DNA from: Candidatus Krumholzibacteriia bacterium
GTDB lineage: Bacteria; Krumholzibacteriota; Krumholzibacteriia; LZORAL124-64-63
DNA: 64,000 nt
Assembly: GCA_036351155.1 (NCBI GenBank)
Contig: JAZBOO010000163.1
Span: 9,821 to 73,820 of the forward strand
Reading direction: 5' to 3'
Shown: positions 38,149 through 48,409 of the stretch, piece after piece
Numbering within the stretch: position 1 is the first letter of the stretch
Layout: the number at the start of each line of letters is the position of its first letter
Program-made: the position numbers and the translations under genes
The notes under the pieces: model-generated
Seen by the model: the letters and a program-made list of their open reading frames with translations, nothing else
The model's database searches: none
What the model was told of the DNA's origin: nothing

Positions 38149-38312
38149 GTAACTGGCCCCGGGAAGGCCAAATACGGCGTTTGACAAGTTTCAGCCCGCC
38201 AAACAGGCATTAATCCTGTAATAATATCCGCACTATTGCTAATCTCGGAATGTGTTGATCATCGGGAGAGGGCCGTGGGCCCTTTTCGGCGTATGCCTAT
38301 CCAGGAGTCGTT

Positions 38313-39452
38313 ATGCTGCTGAATGAAAATCAGAAAATGATCCGCCAGATGGCCAGGGATTTTGCCAGCTCCAGGCTGGCACCCATTGCCGCGGAAATCG
38401 ACGAGTCGGCCATTTTTCCCGAGGCCACCGTCAAGGAGATGGGTGGGCTGGGCTTTCTGGGCCTGACCGTGCCGGAGCAGTACGGGGGAGTGGGCGCCGA
38501 TATCACCAGTTACGCCCTCGTGGTCGAGGAGATCAGCCGGGCCTGTGGAAGCCATGGCCTGACCGTGGCGGCCCACAACAGCCTGGGTTGCTGGCCCATC
38601 GCCGCTCTGGGCACCGAGGAACAGAAACAGAAGTTCCTGCCGCCCGCGGCCGCCGGCCAGTCCTTGCTGTCCTTCGGGTTGACCGAGGCCGAGGCCGGCA
38701 GCGATGCCGGCGGGACCCGCACCACCGCCGTCCTGGATGGGGACCACTGGGTGCTGAACGGCAGCAAGATGTGGATCACCAACAGCCACTACGCCGGGGC
38801 CCTGATCATCACGGCCAAGACCGACCTGGCGGCCGAGGGCAGCCGTGGCATCAGCGCCTTCATCGTGCCCACCGACACGCCGGGATTCACGGTGGAAAAA
38901 AAGGAAGACAAGCTGGGCATGCGCGCCAGTGACACCGCCCCCTTGACCCTCGACAATGTGCGCGTGCCGGCCGAGTACCTGCTGGGTGAGCTGGGCGAGG
39001 GTTTCAAGTACTTCATGATGACCCTGGACGGCGGCCGCATCTCCATCGCCGCGGTGGCCCTGGGTCTGGCCGTGGGAGCCTATACCACCGCCCGTGATTA
39101 CGCCAAGGAACGCCATCAATTCGGGCGTCCCATCGCCTCGTTCCAGGCCATCGAGTTCATGCTGGCCGACATGGCCACTCAGATCGAGGCCTCCCGCCAG
39201 CTGACCTACGAGGCCTGCCGCCTCAAGGATGCCGGCGAAGAGTACAGCCAGATGGCGGCCATGGCCAAGTTGCACGCCAGCGAAACGGCCATGTTCGTGA
39301 CCGACCGGGCCATCCAGGTGCTGGGTGGATACGGCTACACCCGGGAGTATCCGGTCGAGCGCATGTACCGCGACGCCAAGCTGTGTACCATTGGGGAAGG
39401 GACCAGCGAAATTCAGCGCATGGTCATTGGCCGCCACGAATTGAAAGACTGA
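38313..39452 (+). CDS. Acyl-CoA dehydrogenase (short/branched chain)
   Basis: [48 protein letters not shown]. Confidence 0.93.
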   Translation: MLLNENQKMIRQMARDFASSRLAPIAAEIDESAIFPEATVKEMGGLGFLGLTVPEQYGGVGADITSYALVVEEISRACGSHGLTVAAHNSLGCWPIAALGTEEQKQKFLPPAAAGQSLLSFGLTEAEAGSDAGGTRTTAVLDGDHWVLNGSKMWITNSHYAGALIITAKTDLAAEGSRGISAFIVPTDTPGFTVEKKEDKLGMRASDTAPLTLDNVRVPAEYLLGELGEGFKYFMMTLDGGRISIAAVALGLAVGAYTTARDYAKERHQFGRPIASFQAIEFMLADMATQIEASRQLTYEACRLKDAGEEYSQMAAMAKLHASETAMFVTDRAIQVLGGYGYTREYPVERMYRDAKLCTIGEGTSEIQRMVIGRHELKD

Positions 39453-39491
39453 TTGAAACCACCGATCATCGTCCGCAGAAAGGAACACATC

Positions 39492-40679
39492 GTGAGCAGG
39501 AAATCCGTCATTTGCGAAGCCGTCCGGACTCCCATCGGCACTTTCCAGGGAGGACTGGCCAAGGTCCGCGCCCCCGAGCTGGGCGCCAGGTGTGTGGCCG
39601 CCGTGATCGCCCGCAGCGGCCTCGATGTCGCGAAGGTTGATGAGGTCATCATGGGCAATGTGTGCCAGGCTGGATTGCAACAGAATCCCGCCCGTCAGGC
39701 CGCCATCTTCGGGGGAATTCCCAGCAGCTGCAGCGCCATGACCATCAACAAGGTGTGTGGATCCGGCTTGAAGGCCGTGGCCCTGGCCGACCAGGCCATC
39801 CGCGCCGGCGACAAGGAGTGCATCATTGCCGGGGGCTTCGAGAACATGAGCCAGATTCCTTACGCCCTGCTGAAGGCCCGCGACGGTCTGCGTCTCGGGG
39901 ATAGCCAGGTGACCGACCTGCTGGTGCACGATGGCCTGACCGACATCTACAACAATTTCCACATGGGCATGACCGCCGAGTGGGTGGTGGACAATCACAA
40001 TGTGAGCCGCGAAGACCAGGATGCCTACGCGGCCCGCAGCCATCAGCGCGCCTGTGCGGCCTGGGACGCCGGAAAATTCGATGCCGAGGTGATTCCCGTG
40101 GAAGTGCCTCAGCGCAAGGGCGATCCGGTGGTCGTGGCCCGCGATGAAGGCCCTCGCCCAGGCACCACCGCCGAGGGTCTGGCCAAGCTTCGCCCGGCTT
40201 TCAAGCGTGATGGGGGAACGGTGACCGCGGGCAACTCCTCGAGTATCAACGACGGCGCCGCGGCCCTGCTGATCTGCAGCGAAGAGTTTGCCCGGGCCAA
40301 CGGCCTGAAAATCAGGGCCACCATCGAGGCGGCCGCCACCGGTGCCGTGGAGCCTCATGAGGTCATGATGGCCCCGGTCACCAGCATCAAGAACCTGCTG
40401 GCCAAGACGGGCAAGTCCGTCAGCGACTACGGCCTGTTCGAATTGAACGAGGCTTTTGCCGCCCAGAGCGTGGGCGTGGTCCGGGCCCTGGAGCTGGACG
40501 AGGACAAGGTGAACGTCAACGGCGGCGGAGTCAGCCTGGGGCATCCCATCGGTTGCTCGGGAGCGCGCATCCTGGTCACGCTGTTGCACGCCATGGAAGA
40601 TCGCGGCGTATCCGAGGGCATTGCCAGCTTGTGCCTGGGCGGCGGCGACGCCGTCAGCATGGCCATCTCACGTCCCTAG
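39492..40679 (+). CDS. Acetyl-CoA C-acetyltransferase (thiolase)
   Basis: [39 protein letters not shown]. Confidence 0.95.
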   Translation: MSRKSVICEAVRTPIGTFQGGLAKVRAPELGARCVAAVIARSGLDVAKVDEVIMGNVCQAGLQQNPARQAAIFGGIPSSCSAMTINKVCGSGLKAVALADQAIRAGDKECIIAGGFENMSQIPYALLKARDGLRLGDSQVTDLLVHDGLTDIYNNFHMGMTAEWVVDNHNVSREDQDAYAARSHQRACAAWDAGKFDAEVIPVEVPQRKGDPVVVARDEGPRPGTTAEGLAKLRPAFKRDGGTVTAGNSSSINDGAAALLICSEEFARANGLKIRATIEAAATGAVEPHEVMMAPVTSIKNLLAKTGKSVSDYGLFELNEAFAAQSVGVVRALELDEDKVNVNGGGVSLGHPIGCSGARILVTLLHAMEDRGVSEGIASLCLGGGDAVSMAISRP

Positions 40680-40702
40680 TCTCCGGCTGGAAAGGAAGAA
40701 AC

Positions 40703-41545
40703 ATGAAAGTCTCAGTGATCGGCGGAGGAACCATGGGCAACGGCATTGCCCAGGTCTTTGCCCAGTTCGGCAACGATGTCCACTTGATCGACGTGCAGCA
40801 GGAGTACCTGGATCGGGCCATGGCGACCATCGAGAAGAATCTCGGGCGCATGGTCAGCAAGGAAAAAATCACCGCCGACGAGGCCAAGGCCACCCTGGGG
40901 CGGCTGACCCCGGCCACCGAGCTGAAGGCCGCGGCCGACAGCGATCTGGTGGTGGAGGCGGTGTTCGAGAACTTCGCGGTGAAGAAGGAAATCTTCACCC
41001 AGCTGGATGCGCTGTGCGGACCCGAGACCATCCTGGCCAGCAACACCAGCAGCATCAGCCTGACCAAGATTGCCGGGACCACCGGCCGGGCTGATAAGGT
41101 CATCGGGATGCACTTCATGAATCCCGTGCCCATCATGAAGCTGGTCGAGGTCATCTGCGGCCAGGCCACCAGCCAGGAGACCCTGGACAAGGTGACCCGG
41201 TGGTCCACGGACCTGGGCAAGGTGCCCGTCACGGTGCAGGACTACCCCGGCTTCATCAGCAACCGGGTGCTCATGCCCATGATCAACGAAGCGGTGTACT
41301 GCCTCATGGAAGGTGTGGCCGACAAGGAGGCCATCGACACCGTCATGAAGCTGGGCATGGCCCATCCCATGGGGCCGCTGACCCTGGCTGATTTCATCGG
41401 GCTGGACATCTGCCTGGACATCATGGAAGTGCTGTACGAGGGCTTCGGCGACAGCAAGTACCGTCCTTGCCCGTTGCTGCGCCGCATGGTCGACGCCGGC
41501 TTCCTGGGGCGCAAGAGCGGCAAGGGTTTTTACGACTACGCCTAA
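40703..41545 (+). CDS. hbd: 3-hydroxybutyryl-CoA dehydrogenase
   Basis: [43 protein letters not shown]. Confidence 0.93.
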   Translation: MKVSVIGGGTMGNGIAQVFAQFGNDVHLIDVQQEYLDRAMATIEKNLGRMVSKEKITADEAKATLGRLTPATELKAAADSDLVVEAVFENFAVKKEIFTQLDALCGPETILASNTSSISLTKIAGTTGRADKVIGMHFMNPVPIMKLVEVICGQATSQETLDKVTRWSTDLGKVPVTVQDYPGFISNRVLMPMINEAVYCLMEGVADKEAIDTVMKLGMAHPMGPLTLADFIGLDICLDIMEVLYEGFGDSKYRPCPLLRRMVDAGFLGRKSGKGFYDYA

Positions 41546-41563
41546 CCTGATCGATGCAAGGAG

Positions 41564-42712
41564 ATGAACGTGCAGTTTGAATTTTCCGAACAACAGCGGA
41601 TGATCAAGGAGGCGGCCGCCGGCTTTGCTGCCCGTGAAGTGGCCCCCATCGCGGCTCAGATCGACCAGGAAGAGCGCTTCCCGGCCGACGTGGTCAAGAA
41701 GATGGGGGAGCTGGGCTTCATGGGCATGAACGTGTCCGAGCAGTACGGCGGCGCCGGTCTGGACATGGTCTGTTATGCGGTGGCTCTGGAGGAGATCTGC
41801 AAGGCCTGCGCCTCCACCGGGGTGATCATGTCGGTGAACAACAGCCTGGTGTGCTGGCCCCTGGAGACCTACGGGAACGAGGAGCAGAAACAGAAGTGGC
41901 TGACCCCTCTGGCCCGCGGCGAAAAACTGGGGGCCTACTGCCTGAGTGAACCCGGCGCAGGAACCGACGCCGCGGCCCAGACCACCACGGCCAGGCTGGA
42001 CGGCGACCACTGGGTGATCAACGGAATGAAGAACTTCATCACCAATGGGGCCAACGCCGACATCCTGATCGTCTTTGCTCACACCAATCCGGAGCTGAAG
42101 CACAAGGGGATTCGCGCCTTCATCGTCGAGACAACAGCCGAGGGGTTCTCGGTGATCCGCAAGGAAGACAAGATGGGCATCCGGGCCTCGGACACCGCCC
42201 AGCTGGCCTTCGACAACGTGCGGGTGCCGACCGATCAGGTGCTGGGCGAAGAGGGCTCGGGGTTCAAGATTGCCATGAGCACCCTGGACGGGGGGCGCAT
42301 CGGCATCGCGGCCCAGGCTCTGGGAATTTCCGGGGCGGCCTACGAGGCGGCTCTGGCCTACAGCAAGCAGCGCGAGCAGTTCGGCAAGCCCATCTCGGCC
42401 TTCCAGGCCATCCAGTGGAAGATCGCCGACATGGCCACCCGGCTGCATGCGGCCCGTCTGCTGACCTACCGGGCGGCCTGGACGAAGGATCAGGGCTCTC
42501 GGTTCAGTGAAGAGGCGGCCATGGCCAAGCTTTTTGCCAGCGAAACCAGCCATTTCATCACCAACGAGGCGGTGCAGATCTTTGGCGGGAATGGATACAG
42601 CAAGGAATATCCGGTGGAACGCCATTTCCGCGATGCAAAGATCACCGAGATCTACGAAGGTACCAGCGAGGCGCAGCGCATGGTAATCAGCAGCATGGAG
42701 CTGAAGAAGTGA
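41564..42712 (+). CDS. Acyl-CoA (butyryl-CoA-type) dehydrogenase
   Basis: LSEPGAGTDA, KNFITNG, KMGIRAS, LDGGRIG, IYEGTSE. Confidence 0.93.
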   Translation: MNVQFEFSEQQRMIKEAAAGFAAREVAPIAAQIDQEERFPADVVKKMGELGFMGMNVSEQYGGAGLDMVCYAVALEEICKACASTGVIMSVNNSLVCWPLETYGNEEQKQKWLTPLARGEKLGAYCLSEPGAGTDAAAQTTTARLDGDHWVINGMKNFITNGANADILIVFAHTNPELKHKGIRAFIVETTAEGFSVIRKEDKMGIRASDTAQLAFDNVRVPTDQVLGEEGSGFKIAMSTLDGGRIGIAAQALGISGAAYEAALAYSKQREQFGKPISAFQAIQWKIADMATRLHAARLLTYRAAWTKDQGSRFSEEAAMAKLFASETSHFITNEAVQIFGGNGYSKEYPVERHFRDAKITEIYEGTSEAQRMVISSMELKK

Positions 42713-43072
42713 AATGCCCTGAGCCAAATGATCGGTTGACGTCCGGGGCTTTTTGTACGAGATTGTCCATTATCAATCCCTGTGTTTACCCATCCCGTGG
42801 ACAAAACCAGGACAGGTTGACCGTCGTTATCGAACGACGGATTTGGCTTGCCCCGGATTGAACGGGAACGGAGAACGCCCTGCGGGGTCGGGATTGCCCA
42901 ATGTATGGTCCACCGCTGGATGACCAGCTGGTAGGTCATAAAGATTCCCTCGACAGTCGGGGGATGAGGATCGGCACCGCCGGTCCAGTTCAAAGCCCAA
43001 GGATTCTGCCGGAAGAAGCCGGCGAAGGAGAGGGCTTAGGTTAGCCGGACATCCGGCACTTGGAGTGAAGAA

Positions 43073-43384
43073 GTGAAGAAATTGTATGTGGGCAACCTGC
43101 CCTTCAGCGCCACCGAAGATGAGATCACCGAACTGTTCGGTCAGCATGGCACGGTGCATTCTGTCGCCCTGATCAACGACCGTGAGACCGGCCGCCCCCG
43201 TGGCTTCGGTTTCGTGGAAATCGATGACGAAGCTCTCCAGCCTGCGATCCAGGCCCTGGACGGCTACGAGATGGGTGGCCGCGCCCTGCGTGTCAACGAA
43301 GCCCAGGACCGCCCCCGTGGCGGCGGCGGCGGCGGTGGCGGCGGTGGCCGTGGTGGCTACGGTGGGGGCAACCGGGGTTGGTAA
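43073..43384 (+). CDS. RRM (RNP-1) RNA-binding protein with Gly-rich tail
   Basis: RNP2 LYVGNL, RNP1 RGFGFVE, LRVNEA, poly-Gly/RGG tail. Confidence 0.95.
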   Translation: MKKLYVGNLPFSATEDEITELFGQHGTVHSVALINDRETGRPRGFGFVEIDDEALQPAIQALDGYEMGGRALRVNEAQDRPRGGGGGGGGGGRGGYGGGNRGW

Positions 43385-43421
43385 AACCCCAGGTGACCAC
43401 AACGCATAAGTAAAATGCCTG

Positions 43422-43459
43422 GACCCCGCTTCTTTCGGGAAGTGGGGTCTTGTTTTTTT
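43422..43459 (+). terminator. Terminator after the RRM gene
   Basis: GACCCCGCTTC/GAAGTGGGGTC stem followed by a T-tract. Confidence 0.8.
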
Positions 43460-43480
43460 CCCAGCAGAGAGGATTGAGTT

Positions 43481-43795
43481 TTGGCGCGTTCGCATTTTTC
43501 CTTCGAGAAACGCCGCAAGGAACTGGACAAGAGAAAGAAAAAGGAAGCCAAGCTGGCTGCCAAGGCCGAGAAGAAGGCCCTCAGGGAAGCCGGCGTGGAA
43601 ATTCCCGAGCCCGTCGTGGTGATTGACGAGTTTGGTAACGCGGTCGAAGTGCTTCCAGAAGTGGATGAAGAGGATGACGACGAAGAAGACGATGACGACG
43701 ACGAGGACCCGCATTCCCGGATGGGGTCCATCGAAAATTCAGGTTCGTCGTCCCTGACTGGTCATCTGTCCCTGACAGGTCTCATCCGTCCATGA
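43481..43795 (+). CDS. Small hypothetical protein, basic N-half and acidic C-half
   Basis: SFEKRRKELDKRKKKEAK followed by a D/E tract; GAGG RBS before TTG. Confidence 0.7.
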   Translation: MARSHFSFEKRRKELDKRKKKEAKLAAKAEKKALREAGVEIPEPVVVIDEFGNAVEVLPEVDEEDDDEEDDDDDEDPHSRMGSIENSGSSSLTGHLSLTGLIRP

Positions 43796-44474
43796 CTTGC
43801 CGCACCACCAGTCCCGCCAGGGTCATCCCGAAACAGGCGGTCACGAAGACCGCCGATCCGTTGACGGTGCGGTCTGGCACCAGCATCTGCTCCGGTGAGT
43901 AGACCACCTCGAAGTCTCCGCTGAAATCAGTCTCGCGCAGCTTCCGGCGAATGACCTTGGCCAGGGCGCAGCCCCCGGTTTGCCAGATGCTGCCGGTTCT
44001 GATCCTGGTGGGGTCCAGCTTGAAGGCCGCTCCCATGGAGGCGAAGATGGTGCAGCCGGCCTGATTGGCGCGCACCAGCAGATCCACCTTGCTGGGCACC
44101 GAGTCGATGCAATCCAGGACGAAGTCATATTCCTCCAGCCTGAAGCTCTCGGCGTTCTCGGGGCTGTAGAATTCCTGTCGCGTGGTGATCCGGCAATCGG
44201 GAGAAATCAGGGCCAGACGCTTGGCCAGCTCCGTGGTTTTCGGCTGCCCCACATTCTGGGCGTGGGTTTGGAGCTGCCGATTGATGTTGGTGGGATCCAC
44301 CTCATCGGCATCCACCAGCATGATCTCGCCCACCCCCGACCGCACCAGTCCCTCGGCGGCCCAGCTTCCCACTCCCCCCAGACCGAAAACCGCCACCCTG
44401 GACCTGGCCAGCTTGCGCAGGGCCACTGGCCCGGTCAGGATTTCCAGACGATGAAAAAACGAGGCGTGTTCCAA
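43782..44474 (-). CDS. tcdA: tRNA threonylcarbamoyladenosine dehydratase (ThiF family)
   Basis: GLGGVGSW, TNINRQ, DCIDS, SMGAA.KLDPT, VVYSPE. Confidence 0.9.
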   Translation of the reverse strand: MEHASFFHRLEILTGPVALRKLARSRVAVFGLGGVGSWAAEGLVRSGVGEIMLVDADEVDPTNINRQLQTHAQNVGQPKTTELAKRLALISPDCRITTRQEFYSPENAESFRLEEYDFVLDCIDSVPSKVDLLVRANQAGCTIFASMGAAFKLDPTRIRTGSIWQTGGCALAKVIRRKLRETDFSGDFEVVYSPEQMLVPDRTVNGSAVFVTACFGMTLAGLVVRQVMDG

Positions 44475-44621
44475 CCTTTTCTCCCGTGGGTTTGTGGGCG
44501 GGTTCAGGATAGCTCATGACCGGCCTCCAGCGCAAACCTGTGGTTTCCCCTGGCCGCAGATGATAGTCTGTTGCAGAAAACTGCAACACCCGCTGGCCGA
44601 CCGTTCCCCGAAGGAGTGCTC

Positions 44622-47579
44622 ATGATTTCCGTGTCCCGTGCCGTTCTGTTGATTGGCCTGGCACTGCTGCATATTGTGCCCGCCCAGGCCGGGCTGAACG
44701 ATGGGGTGGTTCCTCTTTCCTGGACCGACCTTATGCCAGCGGCCCGTTTCGCCGAGGACATTCCTGACATCGCCACGGTGGCCGGTGTGGCCCTGGGAGA
44801 ACGTCCCATCCGGCCCGATGAGGTTCTGGCCTACTATCAGGCCCTGGACCAGGCCTCTCCCTGCGCCCGCTTGATCGAGCTTGGGCGCACTCACGAGGAC
44901 CGTCCTCTGGTCATGCTGGCCGTTTCCGATGCCGGGACCATTGCCCGGCTGGACGATTTCCAGAAGGAACACGCGCGGCGTCTGGACCCCCGACTCGATG
45001 GGGTGCCCACCGTGGAACAGCTCACCGGAACGAAGGCCGTGGCCTGGATGGCTTACGGCATTCATGGTGGTGAGCTGAGCAGCACCGATGCGGCGGTGGC
45101 GCTGGCTTACTGGCTGGTGGCCGGGACCGACGACCAGGCCCTCCAGATGCGGGACAGCCTCCTGGTGCTCATTGACCCCTGTGAAAATCCCGACGGCCGG
45201 AATCGTTACCTGACCCAGGTCATGAGCTTTGCTCACCGGCGTGCCAACCCCGATCAGGATGACCTCTCGCACCGGGCGGTGTGGCCCTGGGGACGGGGCA
45301 ACCACTACCTGTTCGACCTGAATCGCGACTGGTTCAGCATGACCCAGCCGGAGAGTGAGCGTGCGCGCCTGATCGCCCGGTGGGTGCCCCAGATCCTGGT
45401 GGACAGCCACGAGATGGGGGCCAATGCCACCTACCTGTTCCCGCCGCCGCGCCACCCGTTCAACCCCCACCTGCCCGCCAACACCAGCCAGTGGGAACTG
45501 ACCTTCTCGGATGACCAGGCGGCGGCTCTGGATGAGAAGGGTTTTCCCTATTACAGCGGCGAATGGAACGAGGAGTTCTTTCCGGGTTACGGGTCCAGCT
45601 GGTCTTCGTACCATGGAACCATCGGCATTCTTTACGAGATGAGCCGCACCAGCGGCACCCTGGTTCAGAAGCGGGGGGGCACCATGCGCACCTTTGCCGA
45701 GGCCATCACCCACCAGTTCACCTCCTCGGTGGCCAATCTGACCACCTTGGCCCAGCAGAAGGCCCAGATCCTGCATGACCAGGTGACGGCACGGCAGCAG
45801 GCCATCGACCTGGGGAAAAATGGCCAGCTGAAGGCCTGGGTGTTTGCTCCGGACCCTCGCCAGCCGGATCGCTTGCCGGCCATGGCCGTCAGATTGCAGG
45901 CCCAGGGGATCGAGGTGGAAAGCCTGCAGCAACCCACGAAGATCCGGCAGCTGGTGGACATGCGTACGGGTGAGGAGGCGGACCGGAATCTCCCCGTCGG
46001 GAGCATCCTGATCAGGGCGGCTCAGCCGTCGGGCTACCTGGCCCATGCCCTGCTCGATCCGCATGTGCCCATGAGCAGCACCTTCCTGCAGGAGGAACGG
46101 GAGTATCTGGAAAAACGAAAGGGCAGTCGTCTTTACGAGACCACGGCCTGGTCCGTTCCCTTGTCCGTGGGGGTGCCGGCCTACTGGTCACCGCAAGAGC
46201 CCAAGGGGTCCTGGCGGCCCTTTGCCGAGGAGGGGCAAACTGTCGGGGCGGAAATCCCCGCCCAGTTCACCTACCTGATCCTCGACGGGGACCCGGATTT
46301 GGGGCCGCGCGTTCTGGCCGACTTGCTGCAGGGCGGTTTCAACGTGCAGGCGGCCACCAGAGATTTCAGCGTGGAGGGCCACGATTTTCGGGCCGGGGCC
46401 ATGGTTCTGCGGCGGGAGACGCTCACCCCGGTTTTGCTGGCTGAGCTGAACGGGATCGTCCAGAGGCACCGCGTGCACCTGGTGCCGATCCAGACCTCGC
46501 GCGCGACCACCGGGCCCGACCTGGGGGGCACGCATTTCGACGTTCTGGTGGCCCCGCGGGTGGGTGTCCTGGCCGGGAGCCCGGTGTCCACCGGGACCTT
46601 CGGTGCTGTCTGGCACTACCTGGACCAGGAGCTGGATCTGCGATTCTCCAATATCGACATCAGCCGGGTGCGCGTCACCGATCTGTCCCGCTACAACGTG
46701 CTCGTTTTCCCTCCTGTGCGCGGAGGCACAGGCATGTACCGCCAGACCATCGGTCCGACGGGCATGCAGAAGATCCGCGACTGGGTCCAGGCCGGGGGGA
46801 CGGCCATCGGGCTCGAGGGCGGCGCGGCCATGCTGGCCGACCCGGAGACCGAATTGACCCAGGCCCGCTTCCGCAGTCAGGCCCTGGCCTTGCACCCCAG
46901 TCCGGTGTGGAGCATCTCGAGCCGTGAAGCCGAGGAGGCCGGCCAGGTGCAGGCCACCGGGCTGCGCGTGACCGGGGTGGTGCCGGAGGGAGAAGAAGCC
47001 TCCGTCGGGAGTCTCGACCACGGTCACCTGTATGATGTTTCTCCCCTCCTGGGGCCCGGTGCCTTGCCTTTCACCCAGGGAATCGCTCAGGGCACCGCGC
47101 TCGGCACCCGGCCTGTGCTCATGGCCGACTGGATCAAGCCCACCCTGGCCGCCGGGAAAGCGGCGCCCGATGAGGCGGATCTGGCCGCCGTGGACGAGCG
47201 CCTGCGCCGATTCATGCCCCAGGGGGCCATGTTGCGGGTCGATCTGGACCCCGAATTGTTTCTGGGGTACGGCCTGGACGAGGACATCACCGTCTGGTTC
47301 GGGGGAGACGACACCCTGGTGGCCGGTGATCCGGTCCAGGTGGGGGGACGTTTCGCGGAAATCGACCGCCTGCACCTGGCGGGCTTGCTGTGGCCGGAGG
47401 CGGCCGCGCGCCTGGCCCACACGGCCTATCTCACGCGAGAAACGGTGGGTCGGGGACAGGTCATCCTGTTCGCTGCCAATCCGCTTTTCCGGCGCTGGAT
47501 GAAGGACTCCGAACGCATGTTTGGCAACGCGGTGCTGCTGGGGCCTGGACTGGGAACCCGGTGGTCGACACCCTGGTAG
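44622..47579 (+). CDS. Secreted M14 zinc carboxypeptidase-family protein
   Basis: Signal peptide; IHGGE, ENPDG, R.NHYLFDLNRDW, DSHEM; C-terminal GATase-like region. Confidence 0.88.
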   Translation: MISVSRAVLLIGLALLHIVPAQAGLNDGVVPLSWTDLMPAARFAEDIPDIATVAGVALGERPIRPDEVLAYYQALDQASPCARLIELGRTHEDRPLVMLAVSDAGTIARLDDFQKEHARRLDPRLDGVPTVEQLTGTKAVAWMAYGIHGGELSSTDAAVALAYWLVAGTDDQALQMRDSLLVLIDPCENPDGRNRYLTQVMSFAHRRANPDQDDLSHRAVWPWGRGNHYLFDLNRDWFSMTQPESERARLIARWVPQILVDSHEMGANATYLFPPPRHPFNPHLPANTSQWELTFSDDQAAALDEKGFPYYSGEWNEEFFPGYGSSWSSYHGTIGILYEMSRTSGTLVQKRGGTMRTFAEAITHQFTSSVANLTTLAQQKAQILHDQVTARQQAIDLGKNGQLKAWVFAPDPRQPDRLPAMAVRLQAQGIEVESLQQPTKIRQLVDMRTGEEADRNLPVGSILIRAAQPSGYLAHALLDPHVPMSSTFLQEEREYLEKRKGSRLYETTAWSVPLSVGVPAYWSPQEPKGSWRPFAEEGQTVGAEIPAQFTYLILDGDPDLGPRVLADLLQGGFNVQAATRDFSVEGHDFRAGAMVLRRETLTPVLLAELNGIVQRHRVHLVPIQTSRATTGPDLGGTHFDVLVAPRVGVLAGSPVSTGTFGAVWHYLDQELDLRFSNIDISRVRVTDLSRYNVLVFPPVRGGTGMYRQTIGPTGMQKIRDWVQAGGTAIGLEGGAAMLADPETELTQARFRSQALALHPSPVWSISSREAEEAGQVQATGLRVTGVVPEGEEASVGSLDHGHLYDVSPLLGPGALPFTQGIAQGTALGTRPVLMADWIKPTLAAGKAAPDEADLAAVDERLRRFMPQGAMLRVDLDPELFLGYGLDEDITVWFGGDDTLVAGDPVQVGGRFAEIDRLHLAGLLWPEAAARLAHTAYLTRETVGRGQVILFAANPLFRRWMKDSERMFGNAVLLGPGLGTRWSTPW

Positions 47580-47673
47580 TGGCGACAGCATCCAGGCGCT
47601 GATCCTGAGGGAGGCCCCGCCGGGGGCCTTCTTCTCGGTGGCTGTCCAACCGGTCACTTTCTTTCCATTGCGA

Positions 47674-47694
47674 GCCAATTGATCCTCAATTAGC
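47674..47694. promoter_or_regulatory. Candidate Fur/PerR-like inverted repeat upstream of sodB
   Basis: GCCAATTGA-TCC-TCAATTAGC (AATTGA/TCAATT arms). Confidence 0.35.
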
Positions 47695-47758
47695 ATATCT
47701 GGTAAGTTCGATCAAATGACGCGGGTTAGCCCGCTTTCTTTTCCCCTGGAGGTGCCCC

Positions 47759-48343
47759 ATGAAGCACGAATTACCTTCTCTTCCTTTTGCCAAGGATGCT
47801 CTGGAACCCCACATCTCGGCCGAGACCCTGGACTACCACTACGGCAAGCATCACAACGCCTACGTGACCAACCTGAACAAGCTGATCCCCGGCACCGAGT
47901 TCGAGAACATGTCCCTCGAGGACATTGTGCGGAAAGCTCCCGCCGGGGGCATTTTCAACAACGCGGCCCAGGTGTGGAATCACACCTTCTACTTCAACGG
48001 GCTGAGCGGCAGTGGTGGTGGCGAGCCCACCGGAGCCCTGGCCGAGGCCATCAACAGTGCCTTCGGCAGCTTTGCGGACTTCAAGGAGAAGTTCTCCACT
48101 TCGGCGGCCACCAACTTCGGCAGCGGCTGGACCTGGCTGGTCAAGAATGCCGCCGGCAAGCTGGAAATCGTCAACACCAGCAACGCCGACAGCGCCCTGC
48201 GCAGCGACAACACTCCGGTGCTGACCATCGACGTGTGGGAGCATGCCTACTATGTGGACAAGCGCAACGCGCGGCCGGCCTACATCGAGGCCTGGTGGAA
48301 CGTGGTGAACTGGGACAAGGCGGCCGAGAACTTCGGTGGCTAG
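47759..48343 (+). CDS. sodB: Superoxide dismutase [Fe]
   Basis: HYGKHH, FNNAAQVWNH (Fe-type AAQ), FGSGW, DVWEHAYY. Confidence 0.95.
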   Translation: MKHELPSLPFAKDALEPHISAETLDYHYGKHHNAYVTNLNKLIPGTEFENMSLEDIVRKAPAGGIFNNAAQVWNHTFYFNGLSGSGGGEPTGALAEAINSAFGSFADFKEKFSTSAATNFGSGWTWLVKNAAGKLEIVNTSNADSALRSDNTPVLTIDVWEHAYYVDKRNARPAYIEAWWNVVNWDKAAENFGG

Positions 48344-48361
48344 GTTGCGAACCTGAGCAAC

Positions 48362-48394
48362 AAAAAGGCCGGCCCAGATGGGCCGGCCTTTTTT
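48362..48394. terminator. Bidirectional terminator between sodB and the OmpA-domain gene
   Basis: AAAAAGGCCGGCCC-agat-GGGCCGGCCTTTTTT. Confidence 0.88.
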
Positions 48395-48409
48395 CATCCT
48401 CATCCGGCA

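Noticed and set aside
38181..38215. TTGACA upstream of the acyl-CoA operon
   Set aside because: No convincing -10 hexamer at 16-18 nt spacing.
43318..43370. GGC/GGT trinucleotide run
   Set aside because: Encodes the Gly-rich tail of the RRM protein; not an independent repeat element.
43662..43708. GAC/GAT/GAA microsatellite-like run
   Set aside because: Encodes the acidic tract of the small protein.
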